Part shown: one piece after another, positions 36,891-51,346 of the stretch
Position numbering within the stretch: the first letter of the stretch is position 1
Layout of the letters: each line of letters begins with the position of its first letter
Origin: Octopus sinensis
Taxonomy: Eukaryota
DNA: 64,000 nucleotides
Direction: 5' to 3'
Assembly (NCBI RefSeq): GCF_006345805.1
Contig: NC_043010.1
Span: forward strand, 1,426,001-1,490,000
The notes under the pieces: generated by a model
Told to the model about the DNA's origin: nothing
The model's database searches: none
What the model saw: the letters and a program-made list of their open reading frames with translations, nothing else
Made by a program: the position numbers and the translations under genes

Positions 36891-39345
36891 AATTTTACTC
36901 AATATTACCCCAATATGCTATACAAACACATATTCTCTCTTGATTTGTGTATTCAGCGTTGGAATATTTCCTCTATTACTAATTGTTATAGACACCAATG
37001 TCTGATTGATTGTTTTCTTACCTGCCTTAGTATAGGTGTGTCTGTGGCTATGTGTATGTTTGTTCATGAGTTTGCACGTGCATTTATATGTTTGTATGCG
37101 TACGTGTGTATATATATGTGTGTGTGAATGTGTGTGTGTGTGAATATTTTAATACCTTATTAAAATGTTTGCTGGTGTAACTGTTTTTCCATTTACCCTT
37201 CACCTGTAGAATAAGGAACCAGTGAAATGTAATTCAACGTGATTGCACCATATGCTACAAATGCTACCGAAATCTTCAAATTACACTTTATAATACAGCA
37301 ACCTCCCTCTGAACCTAACCGCTTGTGCGTACTGAGCCGGTAGGTGCGAACCTAGCTTCCTTTTCAGGGGAATCTAAAACGAGTGACATTGGAAACGAAG
37401 CGCAAAAACAAACAAACATAAATACAAAAACAAACAAACATAAATACAAAAACACAAAACCTGAGTCAGATGACTTTACATCACATGTTTAAATAATAAA
37501 CTTCATAAAATACAACAAACCTTGTTCATCAAATGCTGCCGTAGAATAAATCGTTGATAAACTTGAACCTGGGATTCTTGAAGACCTTGCGCTTGCTTAT
37601 CTAGGATGCGTACTTAAGTGGGAGGTTACTTTATTGAAATAGCAAAGAAAGGACACATTCATTTTTTGATTAATATCGCTGGGTAGCAAGGATTTTATAT
37701 CATGAAAAACCAACTTTTAAATCAAGTTTCGTCATAATGAATATAGGGAAGTTTATTTTGGAGCTAACATGTAGTTTAATTGTCTAGAAAATGTAAATTG
37801 ATTTTAAAAAATGAAAGTAAATTGACCGGAAGTGACTACGGTGATATACTTTAATTTCATGTAAAAAATGCATGTTACATAACCAATGAATACAACGTAC
37901 ATATATTTAATATAAGATGAAACCATACATATAATTTTATATAAGGTGAATATCTTTATGTATTTTTTATAGATGAAAACAACCACAATTATGGGAAAGC
38001 AAGACAATCATTGATGCACGAAAGAAATTCGAGTATAGTTCCTCACGATCGCCGTGTCTGCTCATGAAGATATGATTTAAATAAATCATTACTAGTCCTA
38101 CATTGCCACCTGAGTTCCTTCGTGGCGAACATTCATCGCCTTTCTGTACTCTGTAGATGGTTGCTGTCATCGTTTAGATCAACAAAATTGAGTGAAGGTT
38201 CGACAATTTCATGAGTATAGAAGTTCTCTAAACTCTCGTATGGAGTCAACCCATATCAAACGTGTTCCTGGCAATATCCTGGTAATATCAAACGTATTCC
38301 TGGCAATATACAATGCTTTTTAATAAACCAAAATGTTGGAGTATACGACTGAGGGGCTCAATTAGGCAGCATTTGCCTTTACCCCTTTCTACTGCATCAG
38401 GCAAGTACCCAATACCTTTCACATCACTCTCTTCTGTGCATATATTTGGATTCATAAGTGTGAGAACAAAATTTGCTTAGGGGATGAAAACCCGAGCCCA
38501 AACCTTTTTTTCATGAACAAAGTCGATTTCCCAATCTTAATATCAAAACAAACAAAGATAATAATAATTATTATTGAACATCAATCGAATTAGATAAATC
38601 CAATAACGGGAAAGTAATGTTTCAAATTAGTCCAAAAATGTTTCTCTGCTTATTCGTTTTGGCGATGAAGTTTTTCAGGATGATGTTCACAGCGTTTTCA
38701 TTGACCCCCATAAGAAAAAAAGAAGAAGAAAATATTAGGGGTTCGCTGCCCCTCCCCTTCATCACTTGTTCTTGATCCGATGTTTGGATTCGTTATTTCT
38801 ACGGTAACGGAACATTCTGCATCGTTCAATCTACCGTGATGCTGTGGAATGAACACCCATATGCTGCTCATAGACATCTCTCAGGAAACATGTTTGGAAA
38901 GTTGAGCGTCATCAATTCACCGAAGGGCAAGTTCGCCGTCATCACTTTACCGTTTTTTCTTTTTTTTAACTATTAATGGTAAGATACTAATTCCGCTGAG
39001 ATCCCCTTTGCCATTCACCCTTTCTATATCGATAAAATAAATACCAGTTGAATAGGGAGGTCGATGTCATTGGCTTCATCCCCCCACCCACCCACCCACC
39101 ACCACCACAAAGACAATTGCTGGCTTTGTGTCAGAATGTGAAACCTACGGTGAGACATTATGGATATGCTCTCTCTCGGTAAACTTTCCTCGAAGTAAAC
39201 TTTGGTGAATTGATGGCGATGAACTTTCCCTGCGGTGAACTGATGGCGGTTAACTTAACTGCAACCCTCGGGAAACTGCACCAATTAATCACTGCATTAT
39301 TCCATGCTGTTCAAAAGTCATTTTGTCCAGCGGATGGTCTCTTAC

Positions 39346-39523
39346 CCCAATGTGCATCAGTTGAATTAAGCCAAATGGTTCTTCTCAAGAATATGAATTG
39401 GTTCATATAGTCCGAGTGAACCGACAGGAACAACGTTTCTGCTTCCTGCTGCTTTCTTTCTCTGAAGCTCATTAATCGTGCCGGATTATGGCGTTGTTCG
39501 CGTGGAACTCTGTTGGCTACCAT
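39346..39523 (-). CDS. Candidate first coding exon (59 codons plus 1 nt), product unknown
   Basis: MVANRVPREQRHNPARLMSFRERKQQEAETLFLSVHSDYMNQFIFLRRTIWLNSTDAHW-G|GTAAGA in repeat-free sequence downstream of a CpG/GC-box region; no homology recognised. Confidence 0.35.
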
Positions 39524-40059
39524 GTGTAAACATGCAACTCACTGAGTTACATTCTCAGTGGAGTTCGTCGTTGAGTAAATTTGGTTGGAACTGTTATCTC
39601 AGCTATTATTTCTAAAAATACTTATCGCTTGAAGGTGCTTCATATGTAGGTGCCCGTGGGTGCTGAATGATGGTTGAGTTTCTTTTACGTTCTCTTTAAG
39701 AATTCGTGGGACTCCCTGTTGTCATTTCCGGTTTCTGTCGACATTTGCTTTCACTTTTTTAGGGCACCAAACTGCAGGTGAACCTATTATTGTTTTGGTA
39801 AATGATCATTGATAAAGAAAAAGTGGGGGGAAAAGAATTAACAGAAAGGTGTGCAAGCATCTAACAAGGATGCAAACGCGCAAGCAAGCTAAATAAATAA
39901 ATAAATATATGAATAAATAAGTAAATAAAAATTGCGACTGTTTTAAAAAATATCGTGGCTCTAAAATTGTAAGATGGTGGCAGAATAAAACGATGACGGT
40001 TGTATAATGATATCCAAATAAAGGGATGAGTAAAACATTTATATATTTATATATCGAAC

Positions 40060-40154
40060 AAAAAATGCTGTAGTGTGATAGCGGCAGGAAAGGGATAAAT
40101 CGCGTATCACCGGGGGCGGAGTGGAGACAATAGAAGCAGAGGAGGAGGAGGAGG

Positions 40155-40192
<38 letters not shown>

Positions 40193-40330
40193 ATGATGAA
40201 AATCGAAGTGTCCACTCTTTCTTTCAGCCATTAGGCTAGCTAGCACATTAACGATTGGGAACACCTGCAGATATATCGCTAATAGGTAATAAAACAACCG
40301 ACAAAGAATGACACCGTATCGATACACACA
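40060..40330. promoter_or_regulatory. Possible promoter/5' UTR region
   Basis: CpG enrichment, GC box GGGGGCGGAG near 40112, GA-rich tract. Confidence 0.3.
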
Positions 40331-40344
40331 CACACACACAAACC

Positions 40345-40375
<31 letters not shown>

Positions 40376-40710
40376 GTATATATATACACGCATATATATA
40401 TATGTGTATGTGTGAGAGAAAGAGAGAGAGAGGTGGAAAATCTGTTAGTGCTTGTTGTATGTGTGTTATTGAATAAATAATTAAAAGAGTCTTCTAAATG
40501 ATGTTTGGTGAGCCGAAGAGATGTTTAGCTGATAAAGTCTTTGATAACAACTGTCATTTATTAATATGAACAATAAAAACAGTTGTACCATAAATGTTTT
40601 TAGCTTTTTCTTTTTTTCTTTTGACGCACACAACAAAAGCTTCGGACTCGAAGCATAGAGAGATATAGACGATTGACTTTACATTCAGATTACTATCTAG
40701 TTTAACAATC

Positions 40711-40756
<46 letters not shown>

Positions 40757-41048
40757 CAACAACAACAACAACGACAATAATAACAACAACAACAGTAATA
40801 AACAATAATTATTATTACTTTTATCAGGTTTTTAACACTTTTATGAGAGTTTTTATTTCACAGCTAGGCGTACCTCCATGTTGCTTTGCTGAGGTATGTC
40901 CATCATTATATTCTGCAGATATAGAACTGTGTTTCATCTCTTCGGCTTTGTTGTGAGCTTTGTTTTTGTTGTTTCTGGTGTTGTTGTTTCATTGTTTTGT
41001 CTGTGTGTTTGTTATGTGGAATATGGTGACTGTGTGTGTGTGTGTGTG

Positions 41049-41092
<44 letters not shown>

Positions 41093-41789
41093 ATGTGTGT
41101 GAAGGCCCGCAGCATAATAGCTAAGGTGTCACAGATACGGTCGTAAGAGCGTGGTTTAGATTTCTAGATTGGGCAGCGCGTAATGTTTCATGAGAAAACC
41201 ATTTCATTTCATGTTGCTCCGGTCCAACTCCGCCCTCCTCAAAAACGAGTTCAAGCCATAGCTGAGGAAGTTAACCCTACAACGGAGAGGTGCACAGTTC
41301 AAAGAGAATTGTAAATTTCAGTCACTGTTACGCCTTATCGGTTCAAGCTCCGGCCTTATGACTCTTAGAGCTTATGGCAAACCCAACGGGGTATTTGTAT
41401 GTTAGTATGTGTTGACTGAATTGTTTTATTTTTGTGGGTACTGAGTCGTATCATATCTATTGTGTGAGCTGTACTAAGTGCAATGTTCTCTCTAATCTAT
41501 ATGATTGTGGGCGCGCATGCATGTTTCCTAACTAGCAGACGAAGGGGAAAATGTGCACACACAACATTTTTCAAGATGAAATAGAATTCTTTAAATTGAA
41601 GATCATTACTCGCCTAAATACATATATAATTTGCAAAGAAAGACAAAATTTGCGAGCGAGAAAATTTTAGGGAAACATAGGTGATGCGCAATAATTATTC
41701 TTTCTAATTTTAATTGGCACTATTTTATCGACCACAAAAGATGAAATGCAAATTTTACCTCAGTACATAAGAAGCGGAAGAAATATTTT

Positions 41790-42180
41790 ACTTGTTTCAG
41801 TCATTAGATAGCGGCCATGCTGGGGCCTCACAGTGAAGAATTTTACTCAAATGCATCAACCCCAATACTTACTTTTCAAAAGTCTGGTACTTATTTTATC
41901 GGTCTCTTAGGGTGTACCGCTAATCTACAGGAGCGTAAACACACCAACACCAGTTGTTAAGCGGAGATGTTGGACAAACACAGACATACACACACTCACA
42001 CACCCACACACACACACACGCATACACACATACAAACACACACATAATGCAAATATATAGATATATACATACAACGGGCTTCTTTCAGTTTCCGTCTACC
42101 AAATCCACTCACAAGGCTTTGGTCGGCTCGAGGCTATAGTAGAAGACACTTGCCCAGGCCTATATGGTTGGTAAGTAAAC
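41790..42180 (-). mobile_element. SINE family B
   Basis: TTTCAGTTTCCGTCTACCAAATCCACTCACAAGGCTTTGGTCGG...GAAGACACTTGCCCAGG. Confidence 0.85.
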
Positions 42181-42974
42181 TTCTCGGCCATCTTGGTCAG
42201 TAATTTTTGTTGATCGCCAGGAAGTGTATTCTAACGGTTCTGATGTTGACCTTACGATCAAAAGGTCGTGGATTCGTTTCCAGCAAGAGGGCAGCATGTT
42301 GTATCCTTGAGCAAAAGTCTTCCTTTGAAATTGCTCCGGTTTACTCAGATAAAAATGCGTACCAATCTAGTGCTTGTGCAGCTTTGTTTTCTACTAGTGG
42401 CCACATCCTGGATATTCCGCTGGGTCAAGAGTTGGAAGGGCTAAGGGTGTGTTTACGTCTGTTTGCGACCAGAAAAAGCAATTAGCGAAAGCTTGTTACA
42501 CGTTACCAAGATATCCTTGCTTGTGAGTGACAGCTAATATTTAGATCAGTAAGTGATCCTTATATCATTATATCCCTATTATCCGCATTAAAGTTTGCAG
42601 TATGAAAGTATGTTATATTCTTCTGTTCACATGAAAGTGTGTTGTTTACATCTAGGGAGCTCTTATCCGTTCTGGTAATATCAATCTTAATGCCTTCTAT
42701 ATTATAAGTAAACAAATTATGAGTCTGTAGTTGGGGGATTGGGTGGAGATTTGGGATTTCTTTAGTTTTGTGAATTAAGGAGATTACCATAGCAATGGTT
42801 TCTTTTATCTCCATAATTCTAAAAACATAGAAGACATGAAAAGTATTTCTTGTACTTGCTGGGGATCAGAAGAACTCACTGTCTCCTGGTTTTCTTACTC
42901 TTGACTTTAGATTCGGCTCTTACCGAAGCACCCTTTCACTATCAACATTGTTATTCATCGATTGACCTTATTTT

Positions 42975-43432
42975 TATAGAAATCGTTGGAGCGCCGGACA
43001 AGAGGCTTTGCAGTATTTCCGTTTCTTTACGTTCTTAGTTCGAATCCTGCAGATGTTAACTTAGTCATTTTTAGCCTTTCGGGGTCGCAATATAAAATAG
43101 CAGTCAAGTGCACCACCCGATGTACTTCACTAATTCCCTCCCTTCAAAACTGCTGGCATTGTGTCAAGTACCAGTCATTTACTGAGGTCAATGATACCGA
43201 CTAAAATTAATAGCCGTTAATAAAGAGAGCTGGATGGGCAGAAGTGTTGAATAGTCGGACAAAATGGCTTACAGTGTTTCTTACGGCTCCTTACATTCTG
43301 ATTTCATCTACCTTCATGATTAATGTTGCCTTTCAGCACCTCGGGTCGATAAAATAAGTATCAATCGAACACTGCGGTCGATGTAATCGACTTACTCCCT
43401 ATCCCCGAAATTACTGACTTTGTGTCAAAATC
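42975..43432 (+). mobile_element. Two adjacent degenerate SINE family A copies
   Basis: Two heads (near 42975 and 43225) and two core domains. Confidence 0.7.
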
Positions 43433-43433
43433 G

Positions 43434-43650
43434 TTATTATTATTATTGAGTGAGAGAGCAGTGCATGCCATCAAAGTGACACTGGGGTAAAAAATACGAA
43501 ACCCAATATACCCATCATGACTACCTGTCTGATAAGGGTGCATCAGACACATGCATCACAACCATGTGTGCAAGACACGGTGATCTCATATCCAGATAAA
43601 CAATGCATGACCTTGCAGGTAGGTCCCACTTGGAATTTTCTTCAGTTTGT
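43434..43650 (-). mobile_element. Retroposon 3' end (same family as 36340-36541)
   Basis: TTATTATTGAGTGAGAGAGCAGTGCATGCC...ACCCATCATGACTACC. Confidence 0.7.
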
Positions 43651-43785
43651 CGTCGTCGACATCGTCGTTGTTATTGTTATTGTTGTTGTTGTCGTTGTTG
43701 CGAATGAAGCATATGGCAGGATTTGTAGAATTACTGCCAGTATGACATACAGTATTTTTCGATGTTGTTGTTGTGGTTGTTATTA

Positions 43786-43871
<86 letters not shown>

Positions 43872-44159
43872 GTGTCAGATCGACATGACGTCGCCAGTCT
43901 TAGTTTTTTTTTTCTATCGTTATTGTCACAACAAATTCTCTGATGAATTACCCTTTAGTTCCAGGTGATTTTGTATAATTTCTCCTGACTCACCGCGTCT
44001 TCATCCAAATGCTTTTGTATTTCAACGAATAAGGAAATCTCACTACGGTCGGAGGTTTTTCCTCGAACTTCCACCCTTTGGAACTCTCTTGCATTTCATT
44101 GTCTTCCTCTTTCTTATGACTGAAACTCTTTCGAGTCTAAGGTAGATTCGTTTCCTTAT

Positions 44160-44600
44160 AGTCCCTTATACTACGTGGCTTCTGACCTTGTTTGTGACAC
44201 GCTCTGTTGACGGTATTAACTCGTATCCGAGTAGTTGATCTGTAGCGAGTGATTGAGGCCTTTCAACCTGATGAGTGCGAAAGGTACAGTTGCCCCAGTT
44301 CAGATCAAGGACAGTATAGAAGAACCGGGGGAATTTATCGCAGGGAAGGGTTGGTGAGGGACGAGGAAGTGCGAGTCGATCTTTGTGTCTTCGAAGTCTG
44401 ATTTCTGTCTCTGTTTTCCATCTGGGCCGTTTCCTTGATACTGCCACTCTGATCGGTCCTTGGCGATGGTCTTCCAGCTATTTGGGTCACCGGAGCAGAG
44501 GAGGAGAGTGGCTTTGAGCTGGTCTCAGAATTTTGGTGGCTCCGCGTGGTCCGGTGCCTGAGGTCAACTTCACAAAAAAGGAGCTGAGGTATGATGTGAC
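44160..44600 (-). mobile_element. RTE-clade LINE 3' coding remnant
   Basis: IPQLLF..LTSGT.PRGA, WKTIAKDRSEW and degenerate C2H2 CDKFPRFF...RTH across frameshifts. Confidence 0.7.
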
Positions 44601-44647
44601 TTATACATGCATGCGTTCATACATACATACATACATACATACATGCA

Positions 44648-44770
44648 TATCCTTGGGCCTCCGTCGGTCATGGCTGACCATGGATGATGTCATCCGTCCG
44701 TTGAGTTGTCTATTCAGTTTTTGCAACGCCTCCTGTGGCTGTAGAGACCGATGTGAGAGTGGTAGTCTCG
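44648..44770 (-). mobile_element. About 120 bp RTE 3' terminus
   Basis: RDYHSHIGLYSHRRRCKN* plus CCATGGTCAGCCATGACCGACGGAGGCC then (TATG)n tail. Confidence 0.8.
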
Positions 44771-44783
44771 TACATACATACAT

Positions 44784-44816
<33 letters not shown>

Positions 44817-45034
44817 TACACACATACACACATACGTACATACATACACACATACATACATACACACACACACACATACACACATACATACATACACACA
44901 CACACATACATACACACACACACATACACACACACACACACATACATACATACATGCATGCATGCATGCATGCATGCATGCATACATACATACATACATA
45001 CATACATACATACATACATACATACATACATACA

Positions 45035-45063
<29 letters not shown>
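44771..45063. repeat. (CATA)n/(CA)n compound microsatellite
   Basis: Direct reading. Confidence 0.97.
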
Positions 45064-45065
<2 letters not shown>

Positions 45066-45654
45066 GTCTTGGTGGGATTTGATCTTAGAACCTAGTGATC
45101 CTGAACAGATATAATGCAAAGCAATCGATCAGACATTCTAACGACTGTGCCATTCATAATGAAAAAACTGTAAGGCGCGTTAAGTGAGATATTCTGTTTT
45201 TATTATTTCCAGCAGAACAAACCAGCTTGAAGAGAGTCGATATAGTACCAGTAATATGCGGTAAAACTAGCTCCATCAAGCCCACTAAATTTGCGGTTTT
45301 ACGCCAATATTAAAAATCTTTAATCACTGTTATGCCATTGTAATCAGTCATTTATGGTTGTAAAGTGATGTCGATAATTAGAGACAGACAAACATTGCCT
45401 GATTGTGTGTTTGTGTTCGCGGTGTTTACACAGTTAATTGCTTGTCCATTTACCTTCGACAAGATCTGCTGAAAAAGTGTGTATTTGCATTCGTACGTGT
45501 GTGTAGGTGTGTCTGTGTTGGCTGTGTGTAAGTGAGACATAGGGAGAGAGCATGCATAAATAAATACATTGATGAATATATATATATATATATATACATA
45601 TTCATATATATACATATTCATATATAAATATATTCATATATATATATAAAGTCA

Positions 45655-45955
<301 letters not shown>

Positions 45956-46161
45956 ATATATATGCATGTATATAACAACGTCGGTGGAACAGAAAACAGA
46001 ACTAAGTGGCATAGTGCCTTGGTGGTTGTGTTGTGGTGATAGTTCGATAGTTAGCGTTGAATTAACGTTTAACAAGAGTCTATTTACTAGATGGACTGTC
46101 CACTCTTTTATATTCAGCATTCATCATAATTTGGCATGGAAACTCAAACAGCTATAATGGA

Positions 46162-46198
<37 letters not shown>

Positions 46199-46212
46199 CA
46201 CACACACACACA

Positions 46213-46422
<210 letters not shown>

Positions 46423-47059
46423 GATATATATATATGTGTGTGTGTGTATACATATATATATATTTATATATACATATTTATATATATGTATATATGTATA
46501 TATATATATGTGTGCATGTATATATATTTATATATAAAACGAGAGAGGGAGAGAGAAAGTGAAAGAGAGGGGAGATGAGAGGGAAGCGTGGGCGCTGAGA
46601 TGAAAATGAAGGGGAATAGCATAATAAACTGAGGTCATGTAAGATGGCCGACTTGTCAGAATGACAGAAGAGCTCTTGGGCTATAAACCATCTCATGCGT
46701 TTTGATGTTAAACAATCTTCTGCAGATGTTTTATCATGATCTGTTTTAGTATATGACGAACCGCCAATAAACGACATGTATCAGGAGTTGATGCTTTGAT
46801 CATCGCAACATTTTTTCTCACATTAAATAATAAAAGGGATTTCCAGGATCCTAGAGTAACATTGGAAAAACATTGGGGGATATTCCCCTAAAACGTGTTT
46901 TTGATGAAAGAATTGAGCTAAGTCGATATATTTACATGCAAGTGTCGCAAACAATAAACTATATATAGAAATAATAGTCGTAGTTAAGTTAATGGTAATA
47001 TGTTTAATGTTGTGGATAAAGGAATGCTAACCAAACGAGAGAAGAGAAAAAATATGTGA

Positions 47060-47445
47060 TGGTGATGTATCTGAATGGAAAGAATTTTGCTTCGTAATCA
47101 CATGGTTTCAAGTTCAATCCCTCTACGCGGCACCTTGAGTAAGTGTCTTCTGCTAAAGATTCTGGCAGATCGAAGCCTTGTGAATGGATTTGGCTGACGG
47201 AAACTGAAAGAAGCTTGTTATATATATGTGTACGTATGTTGGTTTGTTTTTTGTATTTGTGTTTGTCCCCTACCACCACTGGACAACCGGTGCTGGTTTC
47301 TTTACGTCTCCCGTAAGTTAGGGATTTGGTATAAGAGACCGATAGAATAAGTACTGGGGTCGATTTGTTCGACTAAATCCTTCAATGTGGAGCCCCAGCA
47401 TGGCCACAGTCCAATGAATGAAACAAATAAAAGCTAAAAGATAAT
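47060..47445 (+). mobile_element. SINE family B
   Basis: AGTTCAATCCC...GGCACCTTGAGTAAGTGTCTTC...CCCAGCATGGCCACAGTC. Confidence 0.85.
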
Positions 47446-48029
47446 AAGCTAATGCTATTTTAAGCGTTCTGACACACACCGGAAACAACTCTATTCGTGT
47501 TTCAGTATTATTAGACTTCCTCAGCGGGACATAGACTCTATCGTATTTGTCGAAATGGCGAGAGTATCATTAAATAAATGTACAAGATTATATATTGATT
47601 GGAAGAATCGATAATAATTAGGCAGACAATAAAATACTTGTGGTCGCTCTCTGCATGTAAAATAATTGCCAAGTTACAAGTCAACATATTTAATGAAAGG
47701 AACATAAAAAAGTTAAAAGAGGCCCACTCGAGAAACTTTAACTCTATGAGGTCACTCGAGTTACTAAAGATAGCAACCAAAACTCCCTATTACATTCTAT
47801 TACATCCTATTAAATATATACAACATATAACACTGCATAATGTAGTTTTATATACACTATACTTATTAACAAGAAAACGGCATGGTCATGGCTGGATTGT
47901 CTCTGATTATGGGTCTGCTGGGTCATTTCTACTATGTGTGGAATGCAATGTTAAAATCTCGGACGACTGCAATTCTGTTAATAACAAATTTTGAAGTTTA
48001 AATATTAGGAGTAACTTTACATTAAGGAG

Positions 48030-48330
48030 TGGAACGTACAATTTCCTATAATTCAGATCGCCTCATGGTCCCTGCAGACAAATTGAAAAAGGCATTACCC
48101 TGGAAGATGGTGAGGGAGATGCGCTGGAACAAGCACTCTGATTCAAGGGGCTTGCACTTCTGGACAGCCATCTCCGCCCCGATAACGGTGAGCAGGGATA
48201 AGGCCCAGGGTCTGAGAACGCTGATGTCTCCACTGCCACAGGCTCCACACCACAAACCTGTCAGAGAGCGGTGGTTTGCTGTTTTGTGCCAAGTAAATAA
48301 AATAAAACAGACCCAAGAAGTCGATTCAGC
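48030..48330 (-). mobile_element. CRE-clade-like non-LTR retrotransposon C-terminal endonuclease fragment
   Basis: EPVAVETS then (frameshift) LSLLTVIGAEMA...ECLFQRISLTIFQGNAF, matching the CRE-type QRISLAIQRGNA motif. Confidence 0.75.
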
Positions 48331-48390
48331 AAAGTTAAGTAATCAATACAACAGAGCTACGAGTTTGCATCGCTCTGTTTTGTAATATTA

Positions 48391-48786
48391 CCGTATTGGT
48401 CCAGTTTCGGGGTTAATTCATAGAATTTTCCCCTCTTCAGCGGCAAACACTTGAGATATAAGTGAAATACTTACTCAAACCCATGGAAAAAGCAAGCACC
48501 AAGTCCCGAGCAGACCTAAGTACCCCAAATATATCCAAATAGAAAATCTTCGGCACATCTCGAGATACGTGTGATTTGAACTAGAAACTTTCACAGAGTG
48601 ACAGAATCCGGAAGTGAACACTATTTAATTTATAACTAATGTAGGATAAAATTCTTTTCGGGAAAAAAATTTTAGCGGTGCTTGCTTTTTCCATGGGTAT
48701 GAGTAAGTATTTCATTTATATCTCAAGTATTTGCCGCTGAAGAGGGGAAAATTCTCTGAATTAACCCCGAAATTGGACCAATACGG
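48391..48786. mobile_element. MITE, 396 bp, about 110-bp TIRs, TA target duplication (pogo/Tc2-like ends)
   Basis: TA|CCGTATTGGTCC...GCAAGCACC (48391-48500) and GGTGCTTGC...GGACCAATACGG|TA (48677-48786). Confidence 0.92.
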
Positions 48787-49190
48787 TAATAATGGATTTT
48801 TTAGAAATTTCTATTGGTTTATTTCGAGACGCATAAATTATAATGGTTATTTGACAATTTTTGTCTTTCTTTCGGCATATTTGGCATTAGAATTTTTCTT
48901 TTGCCCTTATTTTGTAAATTATTTATAAATTTAACCTTTAAAGGTATTTTTTGATATGCTGGCCATTGATAAAAATTTTTTCCCCAAAAAAATTTTATCC
49001 TACATTAGTTATATATATATATATATATATATACGCGAGAAAGAAGCAACAAGAATTGTTGCTTCTTTCTCGCTTATAATCACCCCACATTACTGTATTG
49101 TTAAAACAGTATAGTTTTTTTTGGTGCATCTAAGTTAGGTACCATATTCAAGTAAATTCATTTAAATTAACTTGAATCTTTATTGCTTTT

Positions 49191-49223
<33 letters not shown>

Positions 49224-50017
49224 CTACTTGAAAGAGATGAAATGAAACGAAACGAATCGAATCGACGCGAGGGCGCTCAATCATACAATAGTGTAATAAA
49301 TAAAATATATGCATACATACATACATATATGTACGTACATCTACATGTATATATACATGCATATATAAATATATATACGTGAGTACAGGACACCACAAAT
49401 AGACTTAGAACTCAACGAGAAACGAAAACGTAAAAACAAACATGGAAACGGACCATATATATATATGCATTTATGTATGTATGTATTATGTATGCATGTA
49501 TATATGTATGCGCATCGGCTAGATTGTTGTGTGGTCAGTTAAGAGGTATGAAAGTCTCTCGCCAGTGGATAGAACTCCCCCATCCCCTCTTCGCATTTAC
49601 CTCTTAACTACATTCCAGCATCGTTTTAAGTGATTCTTTTGTCGCATGATTCAAATGTATCTGTAGAAATATGTTCTGTAACATCATAAAGTTATGACTC
49701 CCCTTCAGACAGAAACAGAAATAGAGACATGCTTCCACTCACCCACGCAACACAAGCACACATACATACACACGCTTAAACACACACACACACACACACA
49801 CACACTCATACACACACACAGAAACACATATACGCACATGCGGATAAACGTGTATAAATTATATTGATATAAACATATTTATACCATGTAGACGTGTGCG
49901 CATTTTGGTAATACAGACATACGCATATAGTGGCATACGCATATAGAGACATACGCATATAGAGATGCACACGCACACATACATGCACGAATATGTGTTT
50001 GTGTGTATGTTGAATTC

Positions 50018-50164
<147 letters not shown>

Positions 50165-50362
50165 GTGTGTCTATGTGTTTGCGTCTGTATGTGTGTCTGT
50201 CTGGCTAACTGCCTGTCTGTCCGACTGACTATTTGTCTGTCTGTCTGTCTGTCTGTCTCTCTGTCTGTCTAACTGTCAGTCTGTCTGTCGATCTATCTCT
50301 ATATTATGGATACGTACATACTATGTGTGTGTGTCTATATATGAATGCTTATATATTCATTC

Positions 50363-50395
<33 letters not shown>

Positions 50396-50674
50396 TATAT
50401 GTAGGTGCGTACATATATGTATGTATATATGCATATGTTTTATTCATTAATTTGTATTAATATATATATATATATATTATATATATATATACATATATGT
50501 ATGTATGTATATATGTATGTATGTATGTATGCATATATGTGTATGTATGTGTATATATGTATATAAGCAGATACGATAAATATGTCTCATACATACACAG
50601 ACATATAACCATACACACACATGAAAATAAATGCGCACATTGAAACAGATATAGAGAAGCTCATAAAGACACAC

Positions 50675-50705
<31 letters not shown>

Positions 50706-50784
50706 GACTTGGACTCACACACATACAGAAGGACTCACAAATGATACCCGCACACACTCTAAAACACACACATACATTGATAGG

Positions 50785-50820
<36 letters not shown>

Positions 50821-51301
50821 ACATATATGTATGTATATATGTATATATTTATATATTATTTATACTATATGAATATGTGTGTGTGTGTGTAAACATATAT
50901 ATATATCACAAGTATATATATGCAAATACTTAAAAACAAACATTTACGTAAAGCAGACGCGCACATGGATAACAGCTTGTAGACACTCAACCGAATATCC
51001 ACGCGTATAGCATTTATCTCACACAGACATATGCAAAGGCGCACATGCGCACACAGAAGAAGACGCTCATGCGCGTGATCAGGTATTTTGACAATGTTCA
51101 TTGATTAATGAACGTGACAATAGATTCCCCACTTAAACACATTCATGTTGCGTTATAGCCATCGACATGTGTGCTATGTATATACATAAAATGGCTGTGT
51201 GTGTATATGTATAAATATATATTATGTTTGTATGTATGTGTGTGTGTATTTATATATGTATATATATATTATATATATATTATATATATATATATATACA
51301 C

Positions 51302-51346
<45 letters not shown>

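Noticed and set aside
39806-40393. 195-aa ORF
   Set aside because: Begins in (TA)n/(CA)n and crosses (CT)n; composition is not protein-like.
43949-43985. CTGATGA-ATTACC..GGTGAT hairpin
   Set aside because: Not followed by GAAA, and no cleavage strand found.
44264-44293. CTGATGA-GTGC-GAAA-GGTA hammerhead-like string
   Set aside because: Stem II has only 1 bp, stem III does not pair, and it is the antisense of RTE coding text (RTHQVE).
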